From Yuukianura sp. NJ FZ-2021 (lineage: Eukaryota): a stretch of 64,000 nt of DNA. The first letter of the stretch is position 1. Each line of letters starts with the position of its first letter. Positions 38,551-50,831 of this stretch are shown in pieces. The notes under the pieces were generated by a model. It saw only the letters and a list, made by a program, of their open reading frames with translations. It had not been told where the DNA came from and ran no database searches. The DNA lies in contig CM102285.1 of the NCBI GenBank assembly GCA_046563655.1, positions 12,896,001 through 12,960,000 on the forward strand, given 5' to 3'. The position numbers were made by a program, and so were the translations under genes.

Positions 38551-41500
38551 TCATTCGTCTCCAGACCATCCTCTTGGCCATCCGCGGTTTCCTGTCGGAG
38601 AATGATCGTGATGGCGATGATATCCACCGTAAGGTTGATCCCAGCCCGAATCCTCGTTGCTTGGATACCGATTTCCCCAGTTTCCATAGCTTCCTCTTCC
38701 GCCGCTAGGAGTGCGGTTTCCTGGTGGCGACGAACCACGCCCTTGTTTTCCTCCAGTTTGCGTTTGAGGAACTGGACTTTGTGGACGGTTCGTATTCGGA
38801 GACGGCGATCTGGAGGCACTGGGGCTTCCTGCTTTGCTCGTCGGAGGTGTTCCCATGGTCAACATTGGCACTGATTCTGGAGCACCACCGCTTCTAATGA
38901 TAATCACGTCACGGTGAACAATTCGTATCTAAAATTTCAATTACACGATTAGAATAAGTACAAGTTTTTGGAAAAATGTGATCGTGAGTTAGAAAGTCGT
39001 GCCTGAGTCGTTCTCGAATTGGGAACATCAGCGACAAAAGCCTCCAAGTTTGGCAATGGCCGATTGTTGACAAGACGTGGATAACGATCAAACGGAAATC
39101 CCATTGCCCTTGAATCCGGATAGCGTTGATTCAGAAGTCCACAGTACGTAACAGCATCACGGCAGTTTCGTCGGGCTTCGGTAGCCGGTGGGGTCGTCCG
39201 AGCGACAATATCCTGAGCTCCATTGGTAATAATCACGTAGAGGTCAAAGAGCATTCCATCCGTAGTTCCACGCGGGAGTAACATGTGTTGAGGCCAACCG
39301 CATCCACAAATGGACTGGTCAGCCCCAGGAGCCTCCATGTTTCGTTCCAAATCCCGAAAAGTTTGTTCCCAAGGAATGGTCACGGTGGAGTCTCGAGATT
39401 GACGAACAATCACGTTTTCACCGGGGCGTACTAAAAATTTTATTTTTGAAAAAAAAAAATTCAAAAATGATGGTAGACGAATTTTTGAAATATTGCCGGG
39501 AACTTACAGACTGTGGTGAATTTGTCCATTGCGAAGAACTGGGTGCGTTGTTGAGCCATGTCAAATTGTCGCCTATTCTCGTTCAATCGCGGAGCCATAA
39601 ATATTCGAACAGTTCCATTCACTTGTTCTCTTCCAGCATTTTGTGCCTAAACGAAATCAGAGAAGAAAAGCTCTAAAATATAGCCGCAACAAATACTTGT
39701 TCAAAGCATTATTATCAACTCAAAAAGTACAACGTACAACAATTCTGTAAGAAAACTCTTCATGGTTCAAGTGCGTCACGGTGGCCCAAACGGGTCCCAA
39801 GTTGTTGGCATTGGTTCTGCCAAAATCAAGACCACGAGCCAAGTCAACATCACTTTGCATCCTATTTGTAACCAAAACGTTCCTGTCACGATTCCGTCCT
39901 TCAGTTTGAACCGACAGTTCCGTGACCCGTATACCGGTCCAGACTAACTACAAACAAAATTCTCATCCGAAAATTAAGTACTAAATTCAGTTTGGAAAAT
40001 AAGAGAAAGTGCTTTTGTTGATTTACTTCATTGACCGTGTAGGGGGCTATGGTGCCCTTGTACTTGTCAAAAATTTCATCAATGTGCTTGTGCCATCGAT
40101 AAAATACTGGATCCCGCAATGCCTAAAAATCAACAGATTCAGTTACTTTCATCAAGATGGATAAGTAGGAAGATACTACAAATTACCGCGCTTGTGTCTC
40201 CCATTACACCCTGTTGTTCCTGAAAAATTTCACAGAAGTCAAAGAATTAAGCAATTTCAATCTCAGTCTCTTTTTTCATATTCATCTGCGGAGTCTCACC
40301 CTGTGACGATACATTGGATCATGAGCAAACGCAATTGCTATGTGGCCATTGTTATGATAATCTCCATAGAATAGCCTGTTGGGGCTGTAATCCGATGCTG
40401 AATTGACAAAGAAGAGGACAATCATAACAATTTTCTTGAAAAACACATATATTTGTTTAAACTTTTACCTTCCAACATATCTCCCAAAATGTCAATTCCA
40501 CGCTCAACAGTGAGTCGTTCCGATTGTCCATTAGCCTGTATAAACAAATTTTGGAAGTATTTTTAACCTTGAATGGTGAACAACCTCGCTGAGCGAAAAA
40601 AAACTTACGCGTATGATCACTCCAGTGTCAATGGCCTCAAAAATTCGACTTCTCCATCTCAAAAACTCTTCCCAATCCAGTCGTACGGGAAAATTAGTAT
40701 CCAAGGAACGCTCGACAGGCTGTAAGTATAGAAAAAAAGCTATATTACATGAATGTATGCATGTATGTTAGATTTCTAATAATCGGTTAGTTTTAACTAA
40801 TGTTATATTTGTTAGGTTTATGACTAGAGTTACCCCAGGTTTAGTTCCCTCTTGACGTGTTCCCCAAACGATGCCGGAATTTGTGCTGTACAACTTTGGA
40901 AAATAGCCTTCTGGAATGATGTCCGACAAGTCGTGAGATTTGACCCGTCCAAGGTCAAAAGCCAAGCGTTCAGCGTCGTATCGCGCCAACATGCTGGAAA
41001 TGTGAACAAAGAATCTATTTTTGGCAATTCATAGGGTTTTAATAAATGCTGTTTAGTACTCACTCGTGATGCATCCAGTAGAATAGTTCGCCTGTGAAAA
41101 CAACCAATAGCGTCAGCGTCGTTGATATTTTATGTATCCAAAAGAAATTACAAGTTTTAGCGATGACTGATTTTTTTTACCTTTCCTGTCCCGCGAATTC
41201 GGTGGAGCGGCGATTGGGTAGATAAGGTGCCTATGTTAACCCAAGAAAGTACAAATATTTAACTTTGTTGCTCAAAATGTTGCGTGTTTGAGCTAAAAAG
41301 TGCTGGATTCGAACTTACCAATGCCAGTGATGAGAATTGACACCCAAGTCTTCTCTGAAGTACGCCAAACGACTCTCCGGATTTGAGTTACCTCCAGTAT
41401 TATCCGGTGGAATGACAATTCGAGACTGCAAAAAGTGGCATTTTGAATAACTTGAACGTTTTTTTTTAAATTAAAATCAACACGTTTTTCAAAAAAAGTA

Positions 41501-42210
41501 ACAAGAATCTTACCCTATCTGCTAATGGCAGAGCAGCTTGTCGCTGAGCTTCACGAATCACGCTTGGTCCAATAAATTGATCCGGAAGGACTTCCCAAAT
41601 AGCCTAAAGTATTTTTATAAACAAATAAATCCTTATTATAAAGTCATAATTTATAACTTAAAGTAACTTATAAAGCGATGCAAACCTTACCGGTATCTGG
41701 AATCCTTTCAAATCAGGACGCTGGAGACATGCAGTTGCAAAAGCGTAAATCCAAAGCTTCGGATTAACCTTTTCACTGTCACGACAAGCACAAGCCATGG
41801 ACAAGAAGTCCTCTTGATTGTTCGTATCTACAAAAACATAAAATAACAAATTAATACACTAATTTAAGAATTAATATTTTTTCAAGTAAGAGCAACTTAC
41901 CCATCATGATTCTGCGCAACTGTTCTGCGGCATCACGATGCGAGCGGATGAAGTAGGAGAAAAGTGTCGTCTTTGGACACATGAGCGCAATGTCGTCCAG
42001 GTTTGGTTTTCTCGATGGCGGTTTAACGTCGAAACTCATCGATCCAGTTACGCCCAGACCTCGTCGGAAGTCCGCAGAAGCTTTGGCTTTTTCACCAGCT
42101 GGAACCATGTAGTAGACATTTGGAGTTCCACGAGGACCGAGGTACAGCGGTTCCCCAATACGTTCAAACAAGTACATAAAACGTTGCTGAGTCGTTTGGT
42201 CCATCGCCAT
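38551..42210 (-). CDS. PPO: Prophenoloxidase (type-3 copper, hemocyanin superfamily) with an extended C-terminus
   Basis: No signal peptide. CuA site YFREDLGVNSHHWHWH..GELFYWMH, CuB site YGDYHNNGH..RDPVFYRWH, plus CGCGWPQHML and YPDSRAMGFPFDR. Many short exons. Confidence 0.92.
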
Positions 42211-42973
42211 GTTAAAGCGTCACCTAAACTGTGTTCCGACTCAACCAAAATCCAATCCCCTACTAAACCCAGTTTCCGTTCCAACGCCCTTCTTAAACTT
42301 AAAAACGCTCAAACAGGAAAAGTTTTTCAAAAACTGTTTTTGAAAAAACGGTTTGTGAACTTTCAATTGTAAAACCAAGCAAATCCTGTCAAATTGTGGC
42401 ACACCAAACATTCCCCGGGTATTCATTTCCTATTGAATTTGACCACCGGAAGTAACAATTTCCGCTAAACAAAAATACAGTGTGCCAAAGATACCAAATT
42501 TTTGGAAAATTTTGAATTTTAGAAACCTAATAATTGCAAGAATTTTATTTTGCTCCTTCCTTGGCTAAACAATCGACTAGGAACTCAAAATGTGTCTAAT
42601 TCATAAATATGGTGACTGATTTGATTACTTTGAATTTAGCGCAAGAATGAATATCAACTGCCGTTACTATTTAGATATATAAAGTTGTTGGTTGTACAAC
42701 CTAGGGCTACAAAACTTACTACGTTCAAAACATTGACTACTGCACACAATGGAATGTTCAGAGTTGGTAAACCGAGTCAAAAATAAATCAGCATCAATTT
42801 AAAAAGGAAATAGGTATCGCTTAATTGAAGAACGAATTTAAGTATTTCGGAATTGACAACTTACGTAATAATGCATCGACACTTGAACAAGCACTACTGC
42901 CAAATAAGAGGCTGGTGATGATGAGCATTTACCAACAGAGTAAAAAGATGACCATGATTGATGTTCCAGCGAT

Positions 42974-44409
42974 TTAAAGTATGGGAATGTAGTTGTCGAT
43001 CTTGGCTCGATGACGCTGAGCGACACATTCTGCAATCCAGACGATGTTACGAGACTCCTGCTCCTTTAGCTTGAGGTATGCGTAAAACACACCAAAGTGA
43101 AACTGGCGTAGGAATGCGTTTACATTCAGCTTCACCTAAACCAATACAAACGTAAATTGAAAATTGAAACTGAATGTGGAGTGTTTTTTTTTTGAATGCC
43201 TTACCTCATATTCAAAAAAGCGATCTTCCAACGTTTTCTCTTCAGGGTTGTTCCCTGCAATTGCAAACAGCGCTTGATATTCAGCGTAGTACTCAGCCAC
43301 ACTCCGAACTTGCTCATAGTCATCAGCACGAGCAAGGGCAGCAAGACCATCGGGTTCCAGCTTGCCACATCGTGGAAACAAACGTGTGCGATCCTCCTTG
43401 GTTAATTCGGTGTCGAAAGAATTGATTGTGATAATCAGAGCACGGCGATCAGCTTCAAACTAGAATCATCAATTAGAAAATTATTCCAATTTGAAAGCAG
43501 AGACACGAAACTATAGACTGTGGTACTTACGGATAGAATTTCGCACATGACCTCGGCAGTTTCACCTCCCAGATTTTGACAAAATTCGTAAAAAGCTTCC
43601 AAATATGCCTTGTAAAGATTGTTCCGAATGAGTTCCACGTTCATTTCATCCAAATCAGCCTCACTAATACAATCCTGGAAGAACGGTGCTGGAAAATTTA
43701 TAGGAAAACAATGCTTTGAGTTGAGGTTGAGAGTAACCTGTAGATAATGATGGTAAGCGATTGCGAACCTAGTGGAGTGTCGACTAGAACAGCGTTGTAG
43801 AGCTCAGCTGGAGTGGCTGCAATATGGATAGCCTCCATCTGTTCAAATGATCCAAGGGGATGGCATTTGGGCAGAAGTTCTTGTAGTGGCCTCTGATGCA
43901 ATGACCCCGTAATAAGCAGCACAATGTTATCAATCATGTAGCTGTACCTAAGAATCATAAACGAATCCACGATTTTAAAAGTTGAATTGAATTTATGAAT
44001 TACTCATAATTTGAAATTTTGAAAAGGACTCACGTAATAAAATCCAGAAACGTCGAAAGTGGCTCCACTGCTTGATTCCTCATATGCATAAATTCCGTAA
44101 CTGTTTTCTCTCGTAGTTTGTCATCCAGCGTTGACACTGAAATCGGGCTTGGTTCATTTGCCAGAAAATTCCCATAATCTGTTCCAGCAAGGTGTAGCCT
44201 CAAATCTGTTGGGAAGAAAAAACAAAACGATGAACTGTATGCTATGCTTTCATCGTCTTAATCTATTCAAAGTTGATCAATCAATTACCTTCAATAGTTT
44301 CACACTGCACCAAGTTCAAGTAATCGTTTTGTGTAAGAATTCCAGACTTGAACCCACGACAGAGCCCTTCCAAGTATCCATTGTCAATATTGAATATACA
44401 GCCGTACAT
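42974..44409 (-). CDS. VhaAC39: V-type proton ATPase V0 subunit d (AC39)
   Basis: [37 protein letters not shown] and C-terminal [15 protein letters not shown]. Confidence 0.97.
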
Positions 44410-44874
44410 CTTTCCTCCTTACTCTTTCTATGATACGCTACTGAAAATTAAGATTATATCTGTGTTAATTTTAATTAACAATTAGTAAATTGAATATTTA
44501 TAACGAGTAAAATTAAGACGAAACAGAAACAGCTGAAGAACTATTAATTTATCGGACCCACCCACTTGCTGCTGCCAACAAATCCTACAGGATCCCAGAA
44601 AAAGTTTCTACACTTCTCTAATCCTGCTTGCATGAGCCACGTATGCGCAATGAAATACTTTTCAACGTTCAAGTAGTTTAAACTAATTTGGTTAATTAAA
44701 TTTACAGCAATTATGAAAACAATTTCAATATTTATATATGATGTTAGTGACAGTTATTTATATCTTTTTTACAAATTCCCTACGTAAAATGCCCATGTCT
44801 GCTTCATGTTGAAGGATGGTGGCTTTTTAAAAAAAATTATGAATGAATGGCCGTACTCCTTCTTATGAATGAAC

Positions 44875-44948
44875 GTAAAAATTCCTTTCGTGTGTAAAAA
44901 ATTCCTTTCGTGTGTAAAACATTCCTTTCGTGTGTAAGAAATTCTTTC
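44875..44948. repeat. Tandem repeat, 20-bp unit x~3.5
   Basis: (AAAAATTCCTTTCGTGTGTA)n with near-identical copies. Confidence 0.9.
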
Positions 44949-45392
44949 TACGGAGTTTTTCGTATTCCTTAATATGACCCCTTATAACCCAGAAAATGAC
45001 CCCTACAAAAGTTGTTCAGTTAAATCCGTAGATCATTTCTTGTCAAGTGACCTTTGACCTGTGCCCACTTCCTGAGGCTACAGGTCAACTCGAAGGTCAA
45101 ATAAACCAAATTCTCTTCTCAATTTATATAAAACTACCCATAAACGTTCAAAAACAAAAAATTGACCCTAATTTGGTTTAATTTTTCCCTTCATAATTAG
45201 TTTAATGCGAATGCAATTGACACGAAATTTTTCCAGTTCATTTGGCTTAATTCAAACTCAATTAATTGTAATTTACGCTCTGCACTTGAATTTGGATTCT
45301 TTTTAGCATTTGGATTCAAACACGCTTTAGTTTTCGTTTACTTTTTGATCACTCTGTTAACGTTTATAAGCGAAGCAACACTGCAGTTGACC

Positions 45393-45752
45393 ATGAATTT
45401 GCAGAATTCTTATAATTGGCTTCTGTTTGCTCTAATTTTCACCACTAGTTTTGTAATTAGCAACTTGGAATGTCGTGTAATCTACAGAGAACAGAGTGGA
45501 AGTGATGAAGCTTTGGAACGAGAACTCGTCGTACGAATTGCATTTAACATCTACGACAAAAACAAAGATGGGAAGTTAAGTGTGGCTGAGTTGGTTCACT
45601 TTTCTATGGACGAACAGAGGAATAACGGTACGCCACTGAATCAGCGAAAGTCTGCAGCCGCCATTCGACGGGATATTGAATCTTCACTTCCGGCTTGGGA
45701 TACAGATGGAAATGGATCCATTTCATTCAAAGAGTTACTAGCAGTTAACTAA
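45393..45752 (+). CDS. Small secreted two-EF-hand calcium-binding protein
   Basis: Signal peptide followed by canonical loops DKNKDGKLSVAE and DTDGNGSISFKE. The CDS has no introns. Confidence 0.85.
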   Translation: MNLQNSYNWLLFALIFTTSFVISNLECRVIYREQSGSDEALERELVVRIAFNIYDKNKDGKLSVAELVHFSMDEQRNNGTPLNQRKSAAAIRRDIESSLPAWDTDGNGSISFKELLAVN

Positions 45753-46234
45753 ATGCATCTTACTTTAATTGTATTTACGTAGAAATCAAAAATTAGTTTG
45801 AATAGTTTATTAACGCTAACGATAGTGGGGGAAATTTGAGAAAAGTAATGACCAATGCTGTTATAAAAACTGAAAAGCTTACATAAGTTTAAAAACCAAA
45901 ATTATTTGGATTACTTTTAATTTTTTGAATAAAAACCACAAACAACCCTGGCGCAAATAAACTGTTGTTGATTAAGGAGTGTCTGACACGGTTCAGTTAA
46001 TTGATCTATTCAGAATCAATTGAAAAAGTTTAAATTTAATTAATTTTGGAATATTTCTTCTCACCCAATTCGTTTTAGACATTTTTGAAATTTAAATACG
46101 GAGAGTGACAGGCACAATTTTTTGAATTTTAGAAGCGTGTAACTGCCGGTTGAATTTTTTAAAAAATTTTCTTTGGAATTTTTGTCATTTAAAAACATCA
46201 AAAACTATACAACGGCAGAATAACTGTGCAAAAA

Positions 46235-48118
46235 ATGGCAAGATTGGTCATATTATTTGTTGCGCTAATTTTTGTTGATTTTGTGCAATGTCAGAATGAA
46301 AGTGTGAGTGTCACTGTGATACCGTTAGAGTTGGAAAGCACAATTGAAAAACCACCAACCTTTGAGACGTTGCAAGCTACACAACAATTTGATGACATCA
46401 ACTCCAAAAAACGAAAAACCGAAATTTTCAGAATAATTTTGGGAGAAAACTACGACAATGGAATTCGACCCCCAGGTTGAAAAACCAAATCTCAAAATTT
46501 CAAAAACCAACTTTTAGCCTTTTTTGTGTTTACTTATTTTTGGCATTTCAATTTCATTTTTGCTCTTTCAATTCTGCTCACTGAATTTGACCGTTGTAGA
46601 TGAAATGGTCAAAAAAAAATGTGATCAAAAAGTGAAAAGGTCAAACAGCAAAAACAATCGTTACAAAAAACAGGTTAGGGTTGGTTAGACAAGGTTTTTT
46701 TTATGGTTGATGTTTTCACTTTTTGCTATTTTCTCTTTTTGACCAAATTGTTTTTGCCCATGTTACACGGAACCCAAATTGACATAAATTGAGCAAATGC
46801 CCTATAATTTTGTCAGTTGAATTTTTTGTTTACACAAAAATGCCAGCTTTTGCAAAAATGTAAGTCCACAAGTTCAGTGAGCAAAATTGATCCCATTTTT
46901 ACGTTGACTAATTTGGAGTCCTCGGAATCGGACCTGTCGTTGTTTCCGTCAGCATGTTTGTTCGTACTATTGAGAACTTGGACGATGTGGCAATGGAGTA
47001 CAAGGCTCAAATGACCTTTCGACAAGAATGGATTGACCCCAGAGTTCGATATGACCATCTCGAGCCAAACGTAACCTATTTGTCCTTGGATCATCCAGAG
47101 AGAATTTGGATTCCAGATATCTTCTTCAGTAACGAAAAAGATTCACAGCTTCATCAACTCATGACTCCAAACGTTTATACTCGGATTTACCCCAACGGTC
47201 GCATTCTCCAGAGTTACCGAATCTCTCTCCGACTGTCGTGTCCAATGAATCTGGAGTCGTATCCTCTGGACATCCAGTCATGTCCTATTCGATTTGCTTG
47301 TTACGGATTCACTACCAGGGATGTTCTTCTTCAATGGCGACTGGTCGATGGGGTTGAAATGGCACGGGACTTTAGTATGCCAAGATTCAAGTTACAAAAT
47401 TATTCAACCGAGAGTTGTGAAAGCGTGACCTCTGCGGGGTCATTCGGATGTCTTGAACTTGACCTGAAATTTATAAGACAAATTGGCTACTACATAATCC
47501 AGATTTACTGTCCGACGAGCATGCTTGTAGTCATCTCGTGGGTATCATTTTGGCTCGAACCTACCGCAACTGAAGCTCGGATTTCATTGGGAGTTACAAC
47601 AATTCTTACAATTGTAACGGAAACGTATGGTAGGATATTCTAAAACTAAAATTTTCAGTATTTTAGAATACAAAATTTCAAAAAGTTTCTCTTTTTAGGA
47701 ATAAATCAAAGCGTACCACCAGCTTCGTACATCAAGGTCAGCAGTTACAGAACTAAAATGAAAATTTTAGTGTTTCAAAATTTTGTGCAAATTGGACAAT
47801 TTTTGTGTACTTTAGGCAATTGATGTCTGGACTTCGGCGTGTGAAGTGATGGTAGTTGCTGCTCTGTTGCAGTTTTCAGTAATCAATTACATTACGCAGT
47901 TCCAGTGGAAGAAACAGTCCAGAAAATATTTGCGGCGTGTCAAGGATGAAGAGTTACGGAAAAAGAAAGAAAATATTTTAATGGAACGAGCGTTCAGACG
48001 AGCGAAGCGTGTTGATTTTTTGTCAAAAATTGGATTTCCAACTGTATTTCTAAGTTTCAATGTTATTTACTGGACATACTACCTCAATGTCTATAATTCC
48101 ACACAAGCCAGTACGTAA
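46235..48118 (+). CDS. Divergent glutamate-gated chloride channel-like Cys-loop receptor subunit
   Basis: Signal peptide, IRPP, WIPDIFFSNEK, Cys-loop CPMNLESYPLDIQSC, a loop-C Cys pair and M1-M4. Exons: 46235-46476, 46919-47629, 47699-47736, 47816-48118. Confidence 0.92.
46591..46770. repeat. Dispersed fold-back (MITE-like) repeat, copy 2, in GluCl-like intron 1
   Basis: Shares ATGGTCAAA..TGATCAAAAAGTGAAAAGGTCAA and the terminus TTTTTGACCAAATTGTTTTTGCCCATGTTACACGG with 15870-16043. Confidence 0.7.
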
Positions 48119-48514
48119 ATTTATTTCACAATTTGAAATTTTCCAATTTACGACTGTTGAGGGGTTGGATATTTTTGAGGGCTTCGACACAAACGCCTTG
48201 AGCGTGTGAGGAAATAGAGGGACTACGAACACATTTTACTCAAATAAACTCATAGCTGCGACTGTTATATGCAATTTGGTATTGTGTAGCATAAGCTAAA
48301 TTTTCTTTTCCATTCTTCATCTTCATCTAATTTATTTCTTCAATCCAAGTTTCAAATTGTCTAACAAGGTTTTGGAAAAACACAAGTCCAGCCCCAGCGT
48401 TTTCTGACAAGTAAAAAAAATCACTGTTGCGAATACTGAATAGACTTTGAGTTTTCTTTTGTTTTGGCATAGAGGATTAATTACTTCCTGCTGTTTTCGG
48501 ATTCTTGGTACAGG

Positions 48515-48609
48515 AATTCAATTGAGTTTCAATAATTTCTATTGGATTTCAATAATTTCAATTGAATTTCACTAATGGCAATTGAATTTCAATAATTTCA
48601 ATTGCATTT
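48515..48609. repeat. Tandem repeat, 20-bp unit x~4.5
   Basis: Degenerate copies of (AATTTCAATTGAATTTCAAT)n immediately upstream of the ATG at 48624. Confidence 0.8.
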
Positions 48610-48623
48610 GTCTCGGGCCTGAA

Positions 48624-49216
48624 ATGTCTTCTAGGCGCCGTGGATTAAGGATCGCATTCAAAGGGACAAAGATGACCGCTCGGAAAGTGCCGTTGAGGTT
48701 GCAGGTGCTACGCTGCTTATAATTATTACGATCTTTAGTAATATTATTTTTACAAACTAAGTATAATTAATTTTATGTTTAATCCAAAGTAATATCTATA
48801 ATTTGGTCTAACTTATTTAGTTGCTCAAAAGAGCACAAAGGAGAGTCGAGAAGCGGAATAAAGGAATCATCCCAATTAGAGAAGAAGCGGGTAGAAGGCG
48901 ACATCTCAAATCGAAACTGGATGTCGCAAGACAAAAATATAAACTCGCAAAACAAAAACATGAACTCGCACAACAAAGACACGAAGATGCCATTTTGAGC
49001 TTTGCCAAAGCCGTCGCAGAAGAGCGTGAATACTTGCGGAAATTAGCATCTTCTGACCCAAGACTTTTCAAAGCACTGTGCAAAAAATATTGGTCTTACC
49101 AATTAGGGGAACAAACCACCGGTAATGAGGAAATTGATAGAGCTCTTTCTGAAGACATTCACTACCAACTTCAATGTATTTTTACTTTCACTGGGTGTAA
49201 TTCACGATCATTATGA
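48624..49216 (+). CDS. Uncharacterised highly basic coiled-coil protein (~158 aa)
   Basis: Exon 48624-48704 (MSSRRRGLRIAFKGTKMTARKVPLRLQ) splices in phase 0 to the 48821-49216 ORF, which is R/K-rich and helical. Confidence 0.6.
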
Positions 49217-49287
49217 GGCTAACAACCTTAAATATAATTTTACTTTAAGAATTTGTTGTAAATCTTTAGTTTCATTCAGTTTCATCT

Positions 49288-50763
49288 CTAGTTTCTGCTT
49301 CGAGTAGTGTTAAAAGATCGCCTGTTCCAAGGGCTATGCCCATTTTGGTCCGATTCTTTAAATTGCACCAGGACGATCAAAAAAGTTGTAAGCGATGACA
49401 GCATCTTCAATTGTAACCAAATCGTAATAAGAAATTTAATATTTTGTGCCATATTTTTAAGAAATTCAACTCACGGAAGTAATCAGTCCACGATTGACAG
49501 TAAAGAAGTGACCAGCAGTTACTGTAGGCGGATTTGCCCAAATGCTTGTAGCAAAAAGTTGGACCTAAAATTTTTCGAAAAACATTTAGTCGAATAAATT
49601 AATTTGCTAAAACTTTCTCTTTTTTTAACCTTGATTTGTAGTTCTTGGGACAGTTGATGAAGTGGTTGCATTTGAATGACCTTCAGCACTTCTTCGGCCG
49701 ACTTCGTCACCTTTCCTGCTCCTGTTCCCAACAAATACACTTCCAGGCCATACACAAAAACAGGCACAGTGACTGACATGACACTTTGTACTAGGCCTCT
49801 GCCCACCCATAGAACAGCAAAGAACGTAAAAACGAGCAGTCCAACAATACAGTTAATAAGTTCCACGATTAAGCGGGAAGCATATATGGAGCTGAACGCT
49901 TTGACCTCACTGTTGACCAATTCAAACATTTCCATTCCATGCCTCAGTCGCTGTTCCATAAGCCAAATCTTTCCATACGGCGCATGCCCCATTTCGCTGT
50001 AGTAAATGGCTGGCTCCTTCTTGAGGCCAACTTTCCCAAGAGCACTCTCCCACGCCCTCTTTGCTCCTCCACTGCAGTGACCTTGACCGTGACCTTGCAT
50101 GTCACTGGCAACAATTTCAAACGCTGCTGCGTAAACTTTAAAGTGGAACAGAATCCAGATAGAGTGGGATGAATGAAACGAAGTCAGACAGAACCAGAAA
50201 GCAGTTCCAGCCCAAAGTTCTATTAGACCCCAGTCGGCATTCACAAAACTGTCAACTAGGTAGTAGCCATGCTGTGCACACATATGAATTAACGATGGAA
50301 TGAAATAGAGCAGAGCGCATGTCCGTAAGTGCTTTTCGATTCGGGTAAACAATACACGGTATGTTCCCTTATGGAGGACCGGAATATTTGGTCCTACAGG
50401 GCCGACAATTCGTTCCAGCATTCTTGAAGTTCGTTTCCAAAATTTTAGAGTGTACTTGATACAAACGAATCCCATAATCCGGGTAAAAATGCCTGCCAGC
50501 GATGTTAGGCTAACTAAAAGTGCTTGTGCAAATATTTCAGTGTCGCCGTTTATCCCACTGAGACGGCTATAGCGTTGTCGTTCACTGAAAAATCGGGCAA
50601 TCCAAGTAACAGAGCCGACGACTAACAGAAAACTGTAAAGACACGTTAGTCTCCAAAAGACAAAACGAAATCCCAATTTTTTGGTGTACGTTAATGGCAA
50701 GTAACCAGCAATTTGCATTGGGAGAATTGCCCATTTTCCGACTTTGTAAAGTTCGTCCTCCAT
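49288..50763 (-). CDS. Gustatory receptor (7TM chemoreceptor family)
   Basis: A long multi-TM first exon is followed by two short phase-0 3' exons encoding TAGHFFTVNRGLITS|MLSSLTTFLIVLVQF, the TYhhhhhQF-like Gr signature. Confidence 0.93.
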
Positions 50764-50831
50764 TTTTCGTCAAAATTAATCCACAAATTTCAAAATAACA
50801 AACATGATGAAAAAATCCAACTTTTCAAATA

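Noticed and set aside
44875..44948. Regularly spaced repeats as a CRISPR-like array
   Set aside because: Head-to-tail minisatellite with no unique spacers, in a eukaryotic context with no cas genes.
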